A stretch of DNA of 64,000 bases, from the NCBI GenBank assembly GCA_904063045.1, contig CAJFCJ010000006.1:3240408-3304407 (forward strand), read 5' to 3'. This DNA comes from Dimorphilus gyrociliatus (lineage: Eukaryota; Animalia; Annelida). The position numbers and the translations under genes were made by a program. Below the pieces are notes generated by a model. That model had not been told where the DNA came from. It was given only the letters and a program-made list of their open reading frames with translations, and ran no database searches. Of this stretch, positions 1 to 11,836 are shown one piece after another. Within the stretch, counting starts at the first letter, position 1. Every line of letters begins with the position of its first letter.

Positions 1-2171
1 CCTTCATGAGCAGCGACGAGTAACGGTGTGAGACCATCAGTATCTTCGTGATCCACTTCCGCTCCTTTCTCTAAGAGAAGTGACACGACGTCAGAGTGAA
101 GTCCACTTGTCGCAGGCATACAAAGTGCGGCTACTGATAAAGCGGTTCTATTGTCGCAATCCGCCTGGTTAATCTCGGCTCCTGCCGCTAAAAGAATTTG
201 AACAATGTTAGTGTGCGCCATATAAGAGGCGGCTATCAGGGCTGTACGACCCTCGGCATCAGCCTTATTTACATCCGCACCGGCTGATATAAGTTTGTTT
301 ACAATATCTTCGTGTCCACTCCACGCTGCGGCTCGTAATGCTGTCCTCCTCTCGTTATCCGCATTATCAACTGCCGCGTTGTAATTCAACAGGACTTCCA
401 CGACTTCCATGTGACCACCCCATGCTGCTGACCTTAGCGGTGTCCATCCTTCGTGATCGCCGCAATCAACGTCAGCTCCTGCATTCAACAATTGTTTTAC
501 AACTTCCACATGACCCTGGCGGGATGCTAGTATTAAAGCATTTTGACCACTCCTATCAACAATATCAAGTTCGGCTCCTTTATTTAGTAATACTTCAACT
601 GCCTTATAATCACCGTCATGAGCTGCCGAACATAAATAAGTTCTTCCTGTGTTCATATTAGGTATATTTAGGGCAGCATCGTCAACTCTCTCGAGTAGAC
701 GCTCCAAAGTATCCGTTCTATCTGTTAGAGAAGTTGCAAAAGATGTCACAGAGGTTGTCATTGCATCCGGCGAACTCTGTGGTAATTTAGCACCGGCATC
801 TTGTAATAATCTAACGACTAGAGGATCGTTGGGTATTGTAGAATTCAAGCAATTTTCAATATCCGCTTGGGTTAAAGTCAACCAGAGAGGCAAGTGATAT
901 AATTGTAAAGTTGGAGTTAAGCCAGACTTAGATATGTGTAAAGCCAATTCGTGAATTTGTTTTGCGCTTAAAGAACTCGATCTTTCGGTCATACTCATAG
1001 CCAACATGGCATGGCCATCGGAAACAGTACACAAATATTTTTGAGTACAATGTTTGACATCTAAAAGCCATTCGGCAAAGCTATGGTGAAATAGTATCTT
1101 GGTTCCCCCTTCACCATCCGATAATAATTTGCACAACAGTTGTAAATTGCTACTGAATTCTTTGGCGGTTAATTGGATATTCCTCGTACACACGCACCTA
1201 TATAATTCAATTTCCGTTAAAGGGCTTCTGGCAGCTAGCAAGACATTCAATATCGGTTCGACAGCATGGAATTGTTTTTTGGCGAACAAACGTTGGCAAA
1301 GCCAAGAGTACCATCCGTTTAACGTACCGGGAATTTCTTTGATTTCCCGCAACATAATAAAGTTGTTCGCCACACCGTCCAATACTTTTTCCAGATATAG
1401 AAAGCAACCATTAGATTTTATGTGCAATTGATTAAGATTCTCTGCTGTTTCCCTGCTTAGATGATGCCTCAGCTGTTCTTCATCGTCCAGTCTGCATAAT
1501 ATATATTGTTGAACGTCCTTAACAACGTGAGCTTTTCTTAAATCGTCCAAACAGATTTTTCGAAACCCAGTAAACAATTTCGTAATAGTTCTACTCTGTT
1601 TTCGGGCGGAGCACACCAAAAATAACCAGTCAGGCAGCTGATGAGCATGTTTGGCTATTAGTTCCGCTATCGTCTTACTATTTTCACTTGCTTCGCAGGG
1701 TAAAGTCTGTAAGAAGGACTCGTCAATGGAGTCGATTAATAATAGAAGGGGCCGGCCCGGGTGAGGAAGATTATTCAACGGTTGTATAAAAGCTGTCTGG
1801 AAGGCTTGATCAGGATTCTTTTCTATATCCACATTTTCTAGGAGAAGGTCTGGAAAAGACGGCAAGAGAGGACAGGAAGAAACCTGTTTGACCAAGCATC
1901 CTATGAAATACGACAAGCTGAGCGTGTGGATATCATGAGCTTGGCAAAAATAGTGCGCTATCAATCTCTTATTCAGAGACCTTTGTTTGCCACTAGTGGT
2001 CGGCCATACAATTTCAGCGCATAAGGAACTCTTGCCACATCCCGGTCCACCAGTAATGAGAGCACCCCAACATTCTACATCAGTTGGTCTGGAGTCCAAG
2101 CAGTGAAGGAGCTTACTGAATGCCCATTCTCTACAGAAGAACCTTCGTCCTTTTAATAAGCTTGTAGTCAT
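1..2171 (-). CDS. ANKRD50: Ankyrin repeat domain-containing protein 50 (N-terminal P-loop NTPase-like domain + ankyrin repeats); 3' end beyond window
   Basis: Minus-strand ATG at 2171 gives MTTSLLKGRRFFCREWAFSKLLHCLD...GALITGGPGCGKSS (Walker A). The window edge is in the same frame and reads ankyrin repeats (GWTPLRSAAWGGH, GRTALIAASYMAH, RTALSVAALCMPA, DGLTPLLVAAHEG), matching recalled ANKRD50. No stop within the window, which would explain its absence from the ORF track. Confidence 0.9.
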   Translation of the reverse strand, partial: MTTSLLKGRRFFCREWAFSKLLHCLDSRPTDVECWGALITGGPGCGKSSLCAEIVWPTTSGKQRSLNKRLIAHYFCQAHDIHTLSLSYFIGCLVKQVSSCPLLPSFPDLLLENVDIEKNPDQAFQTAFIQPLNNLPHPGRPLLLLIDSIDESFLQTLPCEASENSKTIAELIAKHAHQLPDWLFLVCSARKQSRTITKLFTGFRKICLDDLRKAHVVKDVQQYILCRLDDEEQLRHHLSRETAENLNQLHIKSNGCFLYLEKVLDGVANNFIMLREIKEIPGTLNGWYSWLCQRLFAKKQFHAVEPILNVLLAARSPLTEIELYRCVCTRNIQLTAKEFSSNLQLLCKLLSDGEGGTKILFHHSFAEWLLDVKHCTQKYLCTVSDGHAMLAMSMTERSSSLSAKQIHELALHISKSGLTPTLQLYHLPLWLTLTQADIENCLNSTIPNDPLVVRLLQDAGAKLPQSSPDAMTTSVTSFATSLTDRTDTLERLLERVDDAALNIPNMNTGRTYLCSAAHDGDYKAVEVLLNKGAELDIVDRSGQNALILASRQGHVEVVKQLLNAGADVDCGDHEGWTPLRSAAWGGHMEVVEVLLNYNAAVDNADNERRTALRAAAWSGHEDIVNKLISAGADVNKADAEGRTALIAASYMAHTNIVQILLAAGAEINQADCDNRTALSVAALCMPATSGLHSDVVSLLLEKGAEVDHEDTDGLTPLLVAAHE

Positions 2172-3097
2172 AGCTGGTTTATCATGGTTTCACGATGTTG
2201 AAACGCCTATATCCTCTCTTTTCTCTCTTTATTTTCTTAAAAATCTTTCTTTTTATTCTTATCCAATAGAAGAACGTATTATGAATGAAAGTCTCAAAGC
2301 CGATTTTCGACTCGTATTCGTCATTTGCGCTGCTTGACGAATAAATACGGGCGATAATATCTCGCCGAAATAGGCGTTAATTATAAAACCAGGTCCCTGA
2401 ATTTCCTACTTCTATCATTTACACACGTACAATAGCGATGCGAAAAATAAATTGTACTAGTTTTTCATTAGGCAATAGTGAAGCACAACTATGGCAATAC
2501 TAATTGAAAAATATCAATATGGCGAATGTTTAGTTAACACCCTAAACGGCCATTTTTCAATTCTCTTACCATTCATAACATTAGAATGTCTTGCTCTCTG
2601 ATTGGCTGCCGGAATTGGTTTCCAGAGTCCTCTAGTATTCGCGAATTTACCGATAGATGGAGTCAAATTATTTTTTCACTACTTTTATTATATAAATAAA
2701 CACATAATATAGAAAACATAAAATAAGGCATTAATTAGAAATAATTATAAATAAAGGAAAGGCTAATGGATTTAAACATAACAATTTTTTTTAAATATTT
2801 ATAGATTTTCTTTTTTTTTTTCGGCTTTAAAATATCTTTTCTCCTGTAGAAAACGAACTTTTGGAGTAGATTTATCTGTCACTTCTAGCAGTCTCATCTC
2901 TTCACGTATAAAAAATACGGCTTCGTAGAGTAGCTCTCTCCATTGATCATCAAGCTAAGCAATACGAATAAACCGTGTCTGTTTCCCAAGCTTCAGAAAA
3001 AGGCATTCTCTTAAATAGTCATCAAATCCTTTCTCAATAAACTTTTGAAAAAAAATAGGCCTATTGATTGTCCTCCTAAAGTCATCGAAACAAATTT

Positions 3098-3854
3098 TCA
3101 GCCCATTTTTCTCTCAAAGAATAATCCGGGAATACTATAACAGACAGTTATAACGACAACAGTGTCACTGCGAACTGTCTCATCAAGCATTTGCCACGCC
3201 TTCAACACATATGCGGCAGTTTTCTTATCAGTTGCCCAGACGTGCAAGACCTGCTTAGACCATCCTTCCTGATTATTTGCAGTTGATCTGTTCACTCCTT
3301 GCAACTTCTTGTTTAATAATCGAATCGCATCATCCATTGCGAAGTCTCCGCCATATTTCATAGCTCTTGTAACTGAAACACCAATAATTTGATCGTAGAT
3401 CCTGGCGACATAATCAGTTATTGAACCGCCTTGGGGCCAGTATTCAACTTCCATTTCGGTCTTTAGAAGATGCGCTCCAAAAGATCGTGATAAAAATTCC
3501 AGAGAAAGTACCTCTGAAATAACTGAGCTACCCCCAGCGTTGGGTATAGTTAACAACTTTAATGCTCCTTGCGATAATTTTATCTTCGTTAGAGGACAGA
3601 AAGTAGTAAGCTTAGTCATTACAACTGAACCCCTGTTCATCTTTAAAGATGAACGGAACTTGAATGGCTGGTCCATTATGCAGCAAACGTCCTCCCCGAC
3701 ATACAAGCCTGAAGGAACTCTTTTCCTCGTACTGTTTAAGGTCCTGTTTAGGGGACAAGATTTCTGACGAAGGACAGGACAAATCGTGGGGCGAAGTTGA
3801 GGTGCTAGAAGACTGGCGAGTTCGTCGGTAAGACATCATGGTAGATATTGTCAT
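3098..3854 (-). CDS. AAC4-like protein (similar to Dictyostelium AAC-rich mRNA clone AAC4 family); conserved domain in ORF 3098-3706, 5' structure uncertain
   Basis: Motifs IPNAGGSSVISEVLS, LLKTEMEVEYWP.GGSITDY, GVSVTRAMKY, LNKKL and KQVLHVWA are recalled as typical of this family. The first ATG (3854) is in a different frame (see findings). Confidence 0.7.
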
Positions 3855-3940
3855 ATTGTAATATAAACGCTTGTAATATAAGATAGTGTTAAGTTGTATT
3901 AGTCTTGTCTGAAATTGTCGAAATATTGTACAATATTTCC

Positions 3941-3947
3941 TTTTATA
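3941..3947 (-). promoter_or_regulatory. TATA box candidate for the AAC4-like gene
   Basis: TATAAAA on the minus strand about 90 nt upstream of ATG 3854, followed closely by a perfect 18-bp palindrome AAATATTGTACAATATTT (3921-3938). Confidence 0.4.
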
Positions 3948-5894
3948 CCATTCTATTGCACAATGTGGTGACAGGTACACGTTGGATATTCCAAGTTTAA
4001 TGGAAATTCCTATGACTCATACGAATCGCGTCCAATCACGCCCGTTTCCCTTAACCGCCATTTTTTTCGAATCAGCGAAACATACAAAAAAAAACGCCAG
4101 TTTCTACACGTGTAGTTTTCTCTATAAGAGGTTTCTTTTGCGTAAAGAAACTAAGTTGTTTATCTAGAACAAATTTCTTCGTTACTATTTACAAACAATA
4201 GCTGACCTTTGCCCAACTACACTAAACGAAAATCTGTATTGCCTTGATAGTAATTCATCATCACGTGAGCAAAGCAAAACTAGGCCAAACTAGTACGTTT
4301 TGATGTAGGCAAACACTATAGGCTTTATTTAGTATAAAATAGTAAACTCTTTTTTTTCTTCCATTTTAATGGACTTTTTTTTATTCATTAAATAAACCAA
4401 AAATTTACGCATGGGTATAAATGTACAAAATAGAGGGGTGGAAGGGGGTGGGGATTGGAAAAAAAAATGCAATAAATATCTTTCTTTATAAATAAACAGA
4501 GTATTCTTCAATACAAATAAAAAAGCCAAAGATATTATTCAAATGAAGATTGTTTATATCATTGTTGTTGCATATTCTTTTTTCCAATGTTGTATCTTCT
4601 TTATGTTTTTTTCTCAAGTCGTAGTTTTGAACGTTGTATATATTTCTATTATTTGCAAGCTAATATATACAAGTTTACATTAATTTGCCATCGAATAGTT
4701 GCTTTTGGTATAATATGCTCTAATATAGTCGTGAATAAGAGATATATTATGTAGAAAAAAATATTTATACTCTCGCCATATGCGTCATCAAGTAACAATT
4801 TTTTTTCTATAGATTCCCTTATTTGGTATGAACATTATGAACATTCCAGATAATCATGAGTAACACGTTCTCCCATATACAGATCATCAAACGTCGAAAC
4901 CATCCAGAAACTATATGTATATATTCAAATACATTGTTTTACAGACTTTTTAATATATTGTCCTCAGTATGCCAATGGGCTGAATTCTTCACCTTTCAAT
5001 CATAACATGGTAATGTAGATGCAAATCTTGATTAAGTTGTTAAAAATGCAATGATACCATCTCCTCCATCTTCCCTTAGCTGCCTGTGCATTAGGCTTTC
5101 GTCATTTTCAATGAGCAGCGAGCTTTTCCAATGTCGTTTATAGCTATCTGATGCTGTTCGTAGTTACATCAGAAAGGGAACAACGAGGTTATGACTGGCT
5201 ATTGGCTCTAAGCATTAATCACCACAACCAATAAAAAATAACATCCGGTTGGCGCGAAAAATTCAAAAAAAGAATGTCTTGATTTCGTTATAGTTTATTA
5301 AATAACAAATACAGTATCTATTATGGATTAAACGTAGAAAAAACTGCTACTTACTTAATTCAAGTTTTTTATTGAAATATCAACAAAGAAACACTCCCTA
5401 ATCCTTATTCTTTTAATAACGCGATTTACGCAAACTATTGTTATTACTAATTAAGGAAAATAATGCTAATAGTAAAAAGAGCTTCTACGCTCTTTCCTTT
5501 GAAATAGTAGCGAGACCGTGAAAATAGATACTTTACTTTCCAAATACATAAAAAAGACAAAAAAAAATAATACAAATAAACGAAACTAAACGTTTCATTC
5601 AATAGAAAAGCTAATTAATAAGTGAATCTATCTAATTTTAGCTTTTCTATGGAAAAATAACAGGATAATATAATAGAATAGATCGATATTTGGATTGTTT
5701 TAATATTTTACATGCGCAAAATTGCTTCAGTTTGTTCGTCAGCAAGTGCCGAAGCGGAACGAACTATTATCTACTCAAAGACGGCTTTAGAATGCAATGA
5801 AGTATATTAACTATTTTGTCGTTTAGTTAGTCCACCATATATATATCGCTTCAATAGTATTTTCAACAACACTACAACTCATTCCTTAACAATA

Positions 5895-8408
5895 ATGTCT
5901 GTTTCACGAGCTCAAATTCGAGCCGCTGAGGCATATTGTAAAAGACAAAGAGGGAATGTCAACGTAAAAAAAGTTTGTAAACTTGTTTGTTTATTTGTTT
6001 ATATCGTTTATCTTTTGTCTTAAGTAGCTGTAAAATATTTCTTTGTAAAACTTAGATAAACAGAGAAAGAAAAAAAACCGATACTAAGTCAAAAGTTTTT
6101 CCTTCCGACGGATTTCAAACAACTGATTTCGCACTAAATAGATCATTTAATTCAAGAAAACAGAGTCTTTATAGACCATGGAGCCCTTCAGATTATCTGT
6201 AAAGTGTTATATATCTCTCCTATTTTTTTATCTTATCATTTAATTCTTTTTTATAATGTTTAACTATTAGGTCGCAGACTTCAACTTCTGATGGTGATGA
6301 TGACTCTGATTCCGAAAAAACACGCGAAGAACCTTCGAAAGTTCTCTATTGTAGAATGTGCGCACACTTGAAAATTCCACCAGCTAAGATATTCTTTAGG
6401 AATTTGACGAAAAATCAGATTTCTGTTTCTTATCGCATTCTTGGACCAGAGGGGGCGAAGGCTTGTGCTGCTGCCTTATCGGTAAGTTGGGAAGTAGAGA
6501 TAATTAGATGACTTACATTCTCTCGATTATTTCGCATAGTTTTGTCAAGTTTAATCTAAAATATTTTAGGAAAATGCTCACGTTGAAACATTTGATATGA
6601 CGGGAAATGAGATTGGAAATAGAGGGGCACGTTACATGGCAGAAATGCTTCATGAAAATGTTTATCTAACTTCATTAGTACGTATACTTTATATACCCGA
6701 TAATAGACCGCTTAGAACTTTATGTAAGTATAGGCCTTACTTTTCTCCTACTCTATATTCTTTCAACTCCTCAACTCACTTCTTATTTCTATGTATTTCG
6801 AAATGTTTGTTCTCCCTTCTATCTAATAAACACAATCTGTTCAATATATCTCTCCCCCATATGATATAAATAACGTATAGTGTTATATAGAAACCATTAA
6901 GATATTCATTATTAATTGTAAATTATTCTTCTACTCTTTGAAGATATTGGCAGAAAATGGCATTTCGGGAGAAGGCTTAAATCTATTATCTCAAGTTTTA
7001 CCATTAAACAAAACCCTGAAGTCGTTTGACATCTCTGGAAACGATTTAACGGAGAAAGACTCAACTGCAATTGCTCATATTATCAAATTTAGTACAACGT
7101 TAAAAGAGTTAAAGGTATCGCATAATGTATTCGCTGAAAAAGGTGGTATAGAACTTGGTCCAGCTATAGGTAGGCCGAAAACAGTATAAGACGTAAACAA
7201 AAATAAAAAACAAATGGTTCGTTGACGTTTTTTCAGCCGACAGCGAAAGCGTTCAACACTTGGATTTAAGTTGGAATCATCTGCGATTGAAAGGAGCTAT
7301 TGCTGTAGCAGACGGGATTAAGGTTTGCCAATTATTTAAAACAAGTTATTACAAGTTTAACGCGCGTTTCACCATTTTTCTAGAAAAGCGTAACACTTTT
7401 GTCAGTAAATATTAGCTGGAATGGCTTCTATCTACCTGGTTCTAGAGCCCTTTGTCGAATGTTGGAAGAGAATGAAGTATTACAGGAATTAGATATATCA
7501 AGTAATCGGTTGAATAGAGAATGTATTGAAGTTATTTGCAACGGTTTAAAAAAGAACAAAACTCTCAAAGTATTAAAGATTAATTCTAATCCCATGACTG
7601 GTGACGGAGCTATTCACCTTATTCAAACCATTCAAAACAACCCGCAAATAGCAATTAGAGAGTTAGATTTATCTGGCCAAACTGTTGATAAACTATTTTT
7701 AAATACTGTTATTGAAGCGGAAAAGGCAAGAGGGGAATTAATTGTACGTCACGGCGTTGTGTTTGGACACACTGATACAAGTCAGGAAGCTACTGAATTT
7801 GTCAACGATGATCCAATGATGGTGTTGATGGAATACACGAGGCAGATGAATATGCGCTTGGTTGATTTATTTACATCGTTAGACGCCGACGGAAGTGCTT
7901 CTCTTACTAGACAAGAGTTTAGAGATGGTTTATTGGTTTGCACTTATTTTCGATTAATAATTCTTCCTCTTATCTCGATATTCTTAACAGAGCGTAAATA
8001 TACCGTTAAGTTCAAGGTGTCTTGATAGGCTAATTAACAAACTCGATATGGACGGAGACGGTGAAGTTGATTTTAGGTGCAAATTGAAATAAAGTAAAAC
8101 AGATGGCGCTTTTAACACTATCTTTACTTATTATTTGCAGTGAATTAATGGTGGGTCAGAAGGATCATCGGCGTAAGATTGCTCAAATACAAAGCGACCC
8201 AGACGGATCGGGTAACGACGAACTAAGAAAAATAGCGGAAAAAATAACGAAACTTTTAGAGCAAAGGAAAAAAATTTGGTCTATGGAAAGAGAAAAAGCT
8301 AAAAGAAGGAAAGAAGAGGAGAAATTGAAGAAAATCGCAAACATGACTATGATGGCAAACGTATTAAAAAAGGGAAAGTCTAAATCGAAGAGTAATAAAC
8401 GAAAATAG
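5895..8408 (+). CDS. LRRC74: Leucine-rich repeat protein 74-like with C-terminal EF-hands (multi-exon)
   Basis: RI-type LRRs (FDMTGNEIGNRGA, FDISGNDL, LDLSWNHL, VNISWNGF, LDISSNRL). N-terminal LYCRMCAHLKIPPAKIFFRNL...LGPEGAKACAAAL resembles LRRC74A/B. EF-hand loops DADGSASLTRQE and DMDGDGEVDFSE. The first two exon junctions are uncertain. Confidence 0.8.
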
Positions 8409-9256
8409 GATGAAGAAACTTTCAAAATTTGAAGAAGAATTGAATATTATCTCTCTTATTTCTCTATTATTCCTTTTGCTAAATGAAAATAAAGAAAAAA
8501 CTTTATTTCTTATCATAAAATTTAATAAGAAATACGATGGGAAAAATTGAAGTTTCTATGATAAATTATAGCATTCAAAAGAATAGAAATGCAATAAACT
8601 TTTCGAAAGAAATTCATTGAAGAGAAATTTTAACAGAAAAGTAACTCAATATCCTCCTTCTTTTAGAATAAAAGTTTTTAGATATATAAGATTGTATTCA
8701 GAATTGTCAACAATAGAAAACAAGAATGAGATAGACTAGTTTTACTTGAATTTAATATATTCAATTAAATATAACTATACACTACCTACAGAATGTAGCA
8801 TGTATATGATTGGCAACTGTAACACGAAAAGGGCAAGGTATAGGAAGATATTTAATATGAAATTATATAGAATTCTCTTTCTCACAGACAAGGAGCAAAT
8901 CAATAGCAACTCTCTTTGTCATACTACCTAAAAGGCCACCTTTTTAACGGTCTGTACTCTTAGGGTGGGATATATATTAGATAAATATATCTTAACATTT
9001 CAGAATACATATTTGCTTCTTTTCTTTAACTTTACAAGAAAAGAAATATAGTCTCATTCTTCTCTTGAATGTTCTGGAGAAAGTTTAATTCTCTTTTAAC
9101 ATAGTGGTAGATATTATTTTGCCGCTGACTCTATGAAAAAGTGTTGTTGGCTACATCGAACTGTTTGCCGTATAAAAATCTGCTCAAATGTCAGGAACTT
9201 ATTACTACTGTCTTATCAAATCACTAATATAGAGGTTAGTCTTAAAAACTTTTCGG

Positions 9257-11425
9257 ATGAAAACGAAACGGAGTCATAGTCCTTATTTATGCTTTTCTAC
9301 TGGTACATTAGTTGGTATATACTTAAGTATTTATGTATTCACGAGCAAATGTAACATAAACAATGACAATAACAATCAACGACTATTCTATAATAAAAAT
9401 AGTAATTTTGTAAAAAAGTCTCTATATATTGGCGTTCTCTCTACTGCAAATTTTCTGGATACAAGAGCTAAAGCATGCCAAAAAACTTGGGGTAGTACGA
9501 AAGGAGCCACAGTTAAATTTTACGCCCAAAGTGATCATCACGACGAAAGTATTGTTAAATTGTCATCTGATATTGACGACTCAGTTTATCCACCACAAAA
9601 GAAATCATTTAGAATGCTACAACATATGTGTCGATTATCAGATTCGTATGAATGGTTTATGAGAGCCGATGATGATTCTTATATAAAAATTGAGCAATTA
9701 ATTAAATTCTTAAATGGCATTGACTCCAATCAGCTACACTATATTGGTCAAGCTGGTTTTGGACGGATGGATGAAAAATTGGGCCTAGGAACATCTATCT
9801 ATTGTATGGGGGGTCCAGGTGTAATATTTAGTAGTGTTCTACTACAAAAAGTTTGTCCTCATATTGAAAGCTGCTTAGGAAATATTACAAGTAAGCACGA
9901 GGATACAGAAATAGGTAGATGTATCAATAGACATATCGGTATTAACTGTACATCAGCCTATGATTTGAGACAACTGTTTTATTTTCATTACGCCGAAAGG
10001 AGTGGATCGTTTAGCGGCCCTTTAGATGGCTTAGTGGCGTCTATAATGAAAAATGCAATTACTCTACATCCAATCAAGCGTAAAGAATATTTCTACAGAT
10101 TTCATTTTCGTCTACTTGGAATTAAAGCAATAGACTTAAGGGCAAAGATACAGAAATTAAAAACGAATTTTAAGAATACAAAAACATCGAAACAGTCGGT
10201 AAACACTTGGTTTTCTTTGGAATATAATACCATTGTTACGCATCAGCAAATAGTGCCAAAAAAAAGGCTACCGGAACCCTGGAGAGCCTTTTTCAAAAAC
10301 ATCTACGGAAACATATTCGTCAATCTCAAAACTGAGCTATTAAATTTAACAGTTGATATCTCAAAGTTTAATGATAAACAAACAAAAGCCTATTATACTT
10401 ATAATCCCATTTCTGGAATAACCTGCCATTTTGCGTTACACTTTGAATCTAGAAACAAATTGAATAGAAAACGAAGGCTCCTTGTTGAGCAGAAATTCAC
10501 TTTACCTGAAATTAGGATAATTGAAAATAAACCCACAACAAAAAATAAAACACGTAATCATTTTATTTGGCCTGTGTTTTCACCCTCAACTTTACAATCT
10601 AAAAAGCCTAACCGATATATCCAATTGGTAATTTCGCTAAGCAATCGTTATTCGACTTTTAAAAGATTTATAGAATGTTTATCAAGAGTTGTCTTTCCTT
10701 CAAAGAAATTCCACGCCAACTTATTCGTTGCACTCGCTGCAAATAATACAGAGGATACCAATGAAAAAATCATTGAACTCATTAAAAAAACTCAAAATCT
10801 CTTTCCAAATAGAGAAATTAAATATACTATTATAGATAAACCTTTCTCTAGAGGATATTTTCTTCAAAAGGCAGCAGATTATTTCCCAGACACGACTCTT
10901 TTGGGCGTTTTCGATGTTGACTTAGTCATTACAGAGGGAGTTATAAGAAGATTAATCGACAATACTATTGCTGGAAAACAAGTTTATTTTCCCATATTTT
11001 TCTCTCATTTTAATCCTAATGTCACAGGTAACAAGTCTTTTGAAAATGAAAATATTCACGATAGTCAAGGAACGTGGAGGTCAACAAGTTACGGAGTTGT
11101 TGGAATTTATGCGGGAGATTTACGAAAAATAGGAGGTTTTAATATAAAAATAAACGGGTGGGGAACAGAGGATATTGATTTTGCCGAAAAAGTTATTGGA
11201 CATAATTTAACAGTGTTTCGCAGTATAGACAAAAATATGATACATCTTTATCACCCAATTCGCTGTCTAGTCAACAACGCTATTCAAGAGAATATGTGTA
11301 CTGGTATTAGATCTGTAATTTCAGGGTCTCAAAATTATTTGGTAAGTCTGCTAACAGATAAACGTCACAAGAAAATATATAATAGATCGCCATTATACAT
11401 AAAAAAAAAAAAAAAAAGAGGATAG
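9257..11425 (+). CDS. CHSY1: Chondroitin sulfate synthase (CHSY family), type II membrane glycosyltransferase
   Basis: 722-aa ORF with an N-terminal TM anchor and the motifs YPPQKKSF, WFMRADDD, YCMGGPG, HEDTEIGRC, TLHPIK, DVDL, YFPIFFS, GWGTED and HLYHP. A possible GTAAGT donor at 11342 could alter the extreme C-terminus. Confidence 0.92.
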   Translation: MKTKRSHSPYLCFSTGTLVGIYLSIYVFTSKCNINNDNNNQRLFYNKNSNFVKKSLYIGVLSTANFLDTRAKACQKTWGSTKGATVKFYAQSDHHDESIVKLSSDIDDSVYPPQKKSFRMLQHMCRLSDSYEWFMRADDDSYIKIEQLIKFLNGIDSNQLHYIGQAGFGRMDEKLGLGTSIYCMGGPGVIFSSVLLQKVCPHIESCLGNITSKHEDTEIGRCINRHIGINCTSAYDLRQLFYFHYAERSGSFSGPLDGLVASIMKNAITLHPIKRKEYFYRFHFRLLGIKAIDLRAKIQKLKTNFKNTKTSKQSVNTWFSLEYNTIVTHQQIVPKKRLPEPWRAFFKNIYGNIFVNLKTELLNLTVDISKFNDKQTKAYYTYNPISGITCHFALHFESRNKLNRKRRLLVEQKFTLPEIRIIENKPTTKNKTRNHFIWPVFSPSTLQSKKPNRYIQLVISLSNRYSTFKRFIECLSRVVFPSKKFHANLFVALAANNTEDTNEKIIELIKKTQNLFPNREIKYTIIDKPFSRGYFLQKAADYFPDTTLLGVFDVDLVITEGVIRRLIDNTIAGKQVYFPIFFSHFNPNVTGNKSFENENIHDSQGTWRSTSYGVVGIYAGDLRKIGGFNIKINGWGTEDIDFAEKVIGHNLTVFRSIDKNMIHLYHPIRCLVNNAIQENMCTGIRSVISGSQNYLVSLLTDKRHKKIYNRSPLYIKKKKKRG

Positions 11426-11836
11426 CAGCACTTGTTTTCGTTTGATTAAATATGAAACAAGAAAGATCTGTTGAATGACACAACCCGTACAAAGAGAGTT
11501 TTCTTACTTTACAATTTTAGACTTTTGGGGGAAACGCCCTTTTATTATTATCAATTTTTCATAATTAATAATTTTTCTGCTTCGAATGTATTTGCATGAT
11601 AGATTAAGTTTCTATTTTACAATTAAACACCGACGATTCTTACATGTTGACAAAGAGATTTGAATGTCTACTAAATTGTATACAGTGATAGCTCTACTTG
11701 AATAATTTAACTGTACGTAATCCGATTTTAAGACTCGAAAATATCATAAAATAAATTTGTCCAATGTGGAAAAGAATGAGATCCAAAGAAGTAAAGTCTA
11801 GGCCACGATCAATTATTCTAATGGAATAATAATCAA

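Noticed and set aside
338-1431. Plus-strand and short minus-strand ORFs in the ORF track over the first 1.4 kb
   Set aside because: They are antisense or off-frame shadows of the ANKRD50 CDS.
2168-2185. Five-codon uORF whose TGA overlaps the ANKRD50 ATG (ATGA)
   Set aside because: Too short to distinguish from chance without ribosome profiling.
4800-5230. Relatively GC-rich stretch between the AAC4-like and LRRC74 genes
   Set aside because: I found no spliceable open frame and no match to recalled snRNA, SRP or tRNA motifs. It may be UTR or regulatory DNA.
11401-11417. Poly-A run at the end of the intronless CHSY ORF, suggesting a retrocopy
   Set aside because: The run lies inside the reading frame, no target-site duplication is seen, and CHSY genes normally have very large exons.
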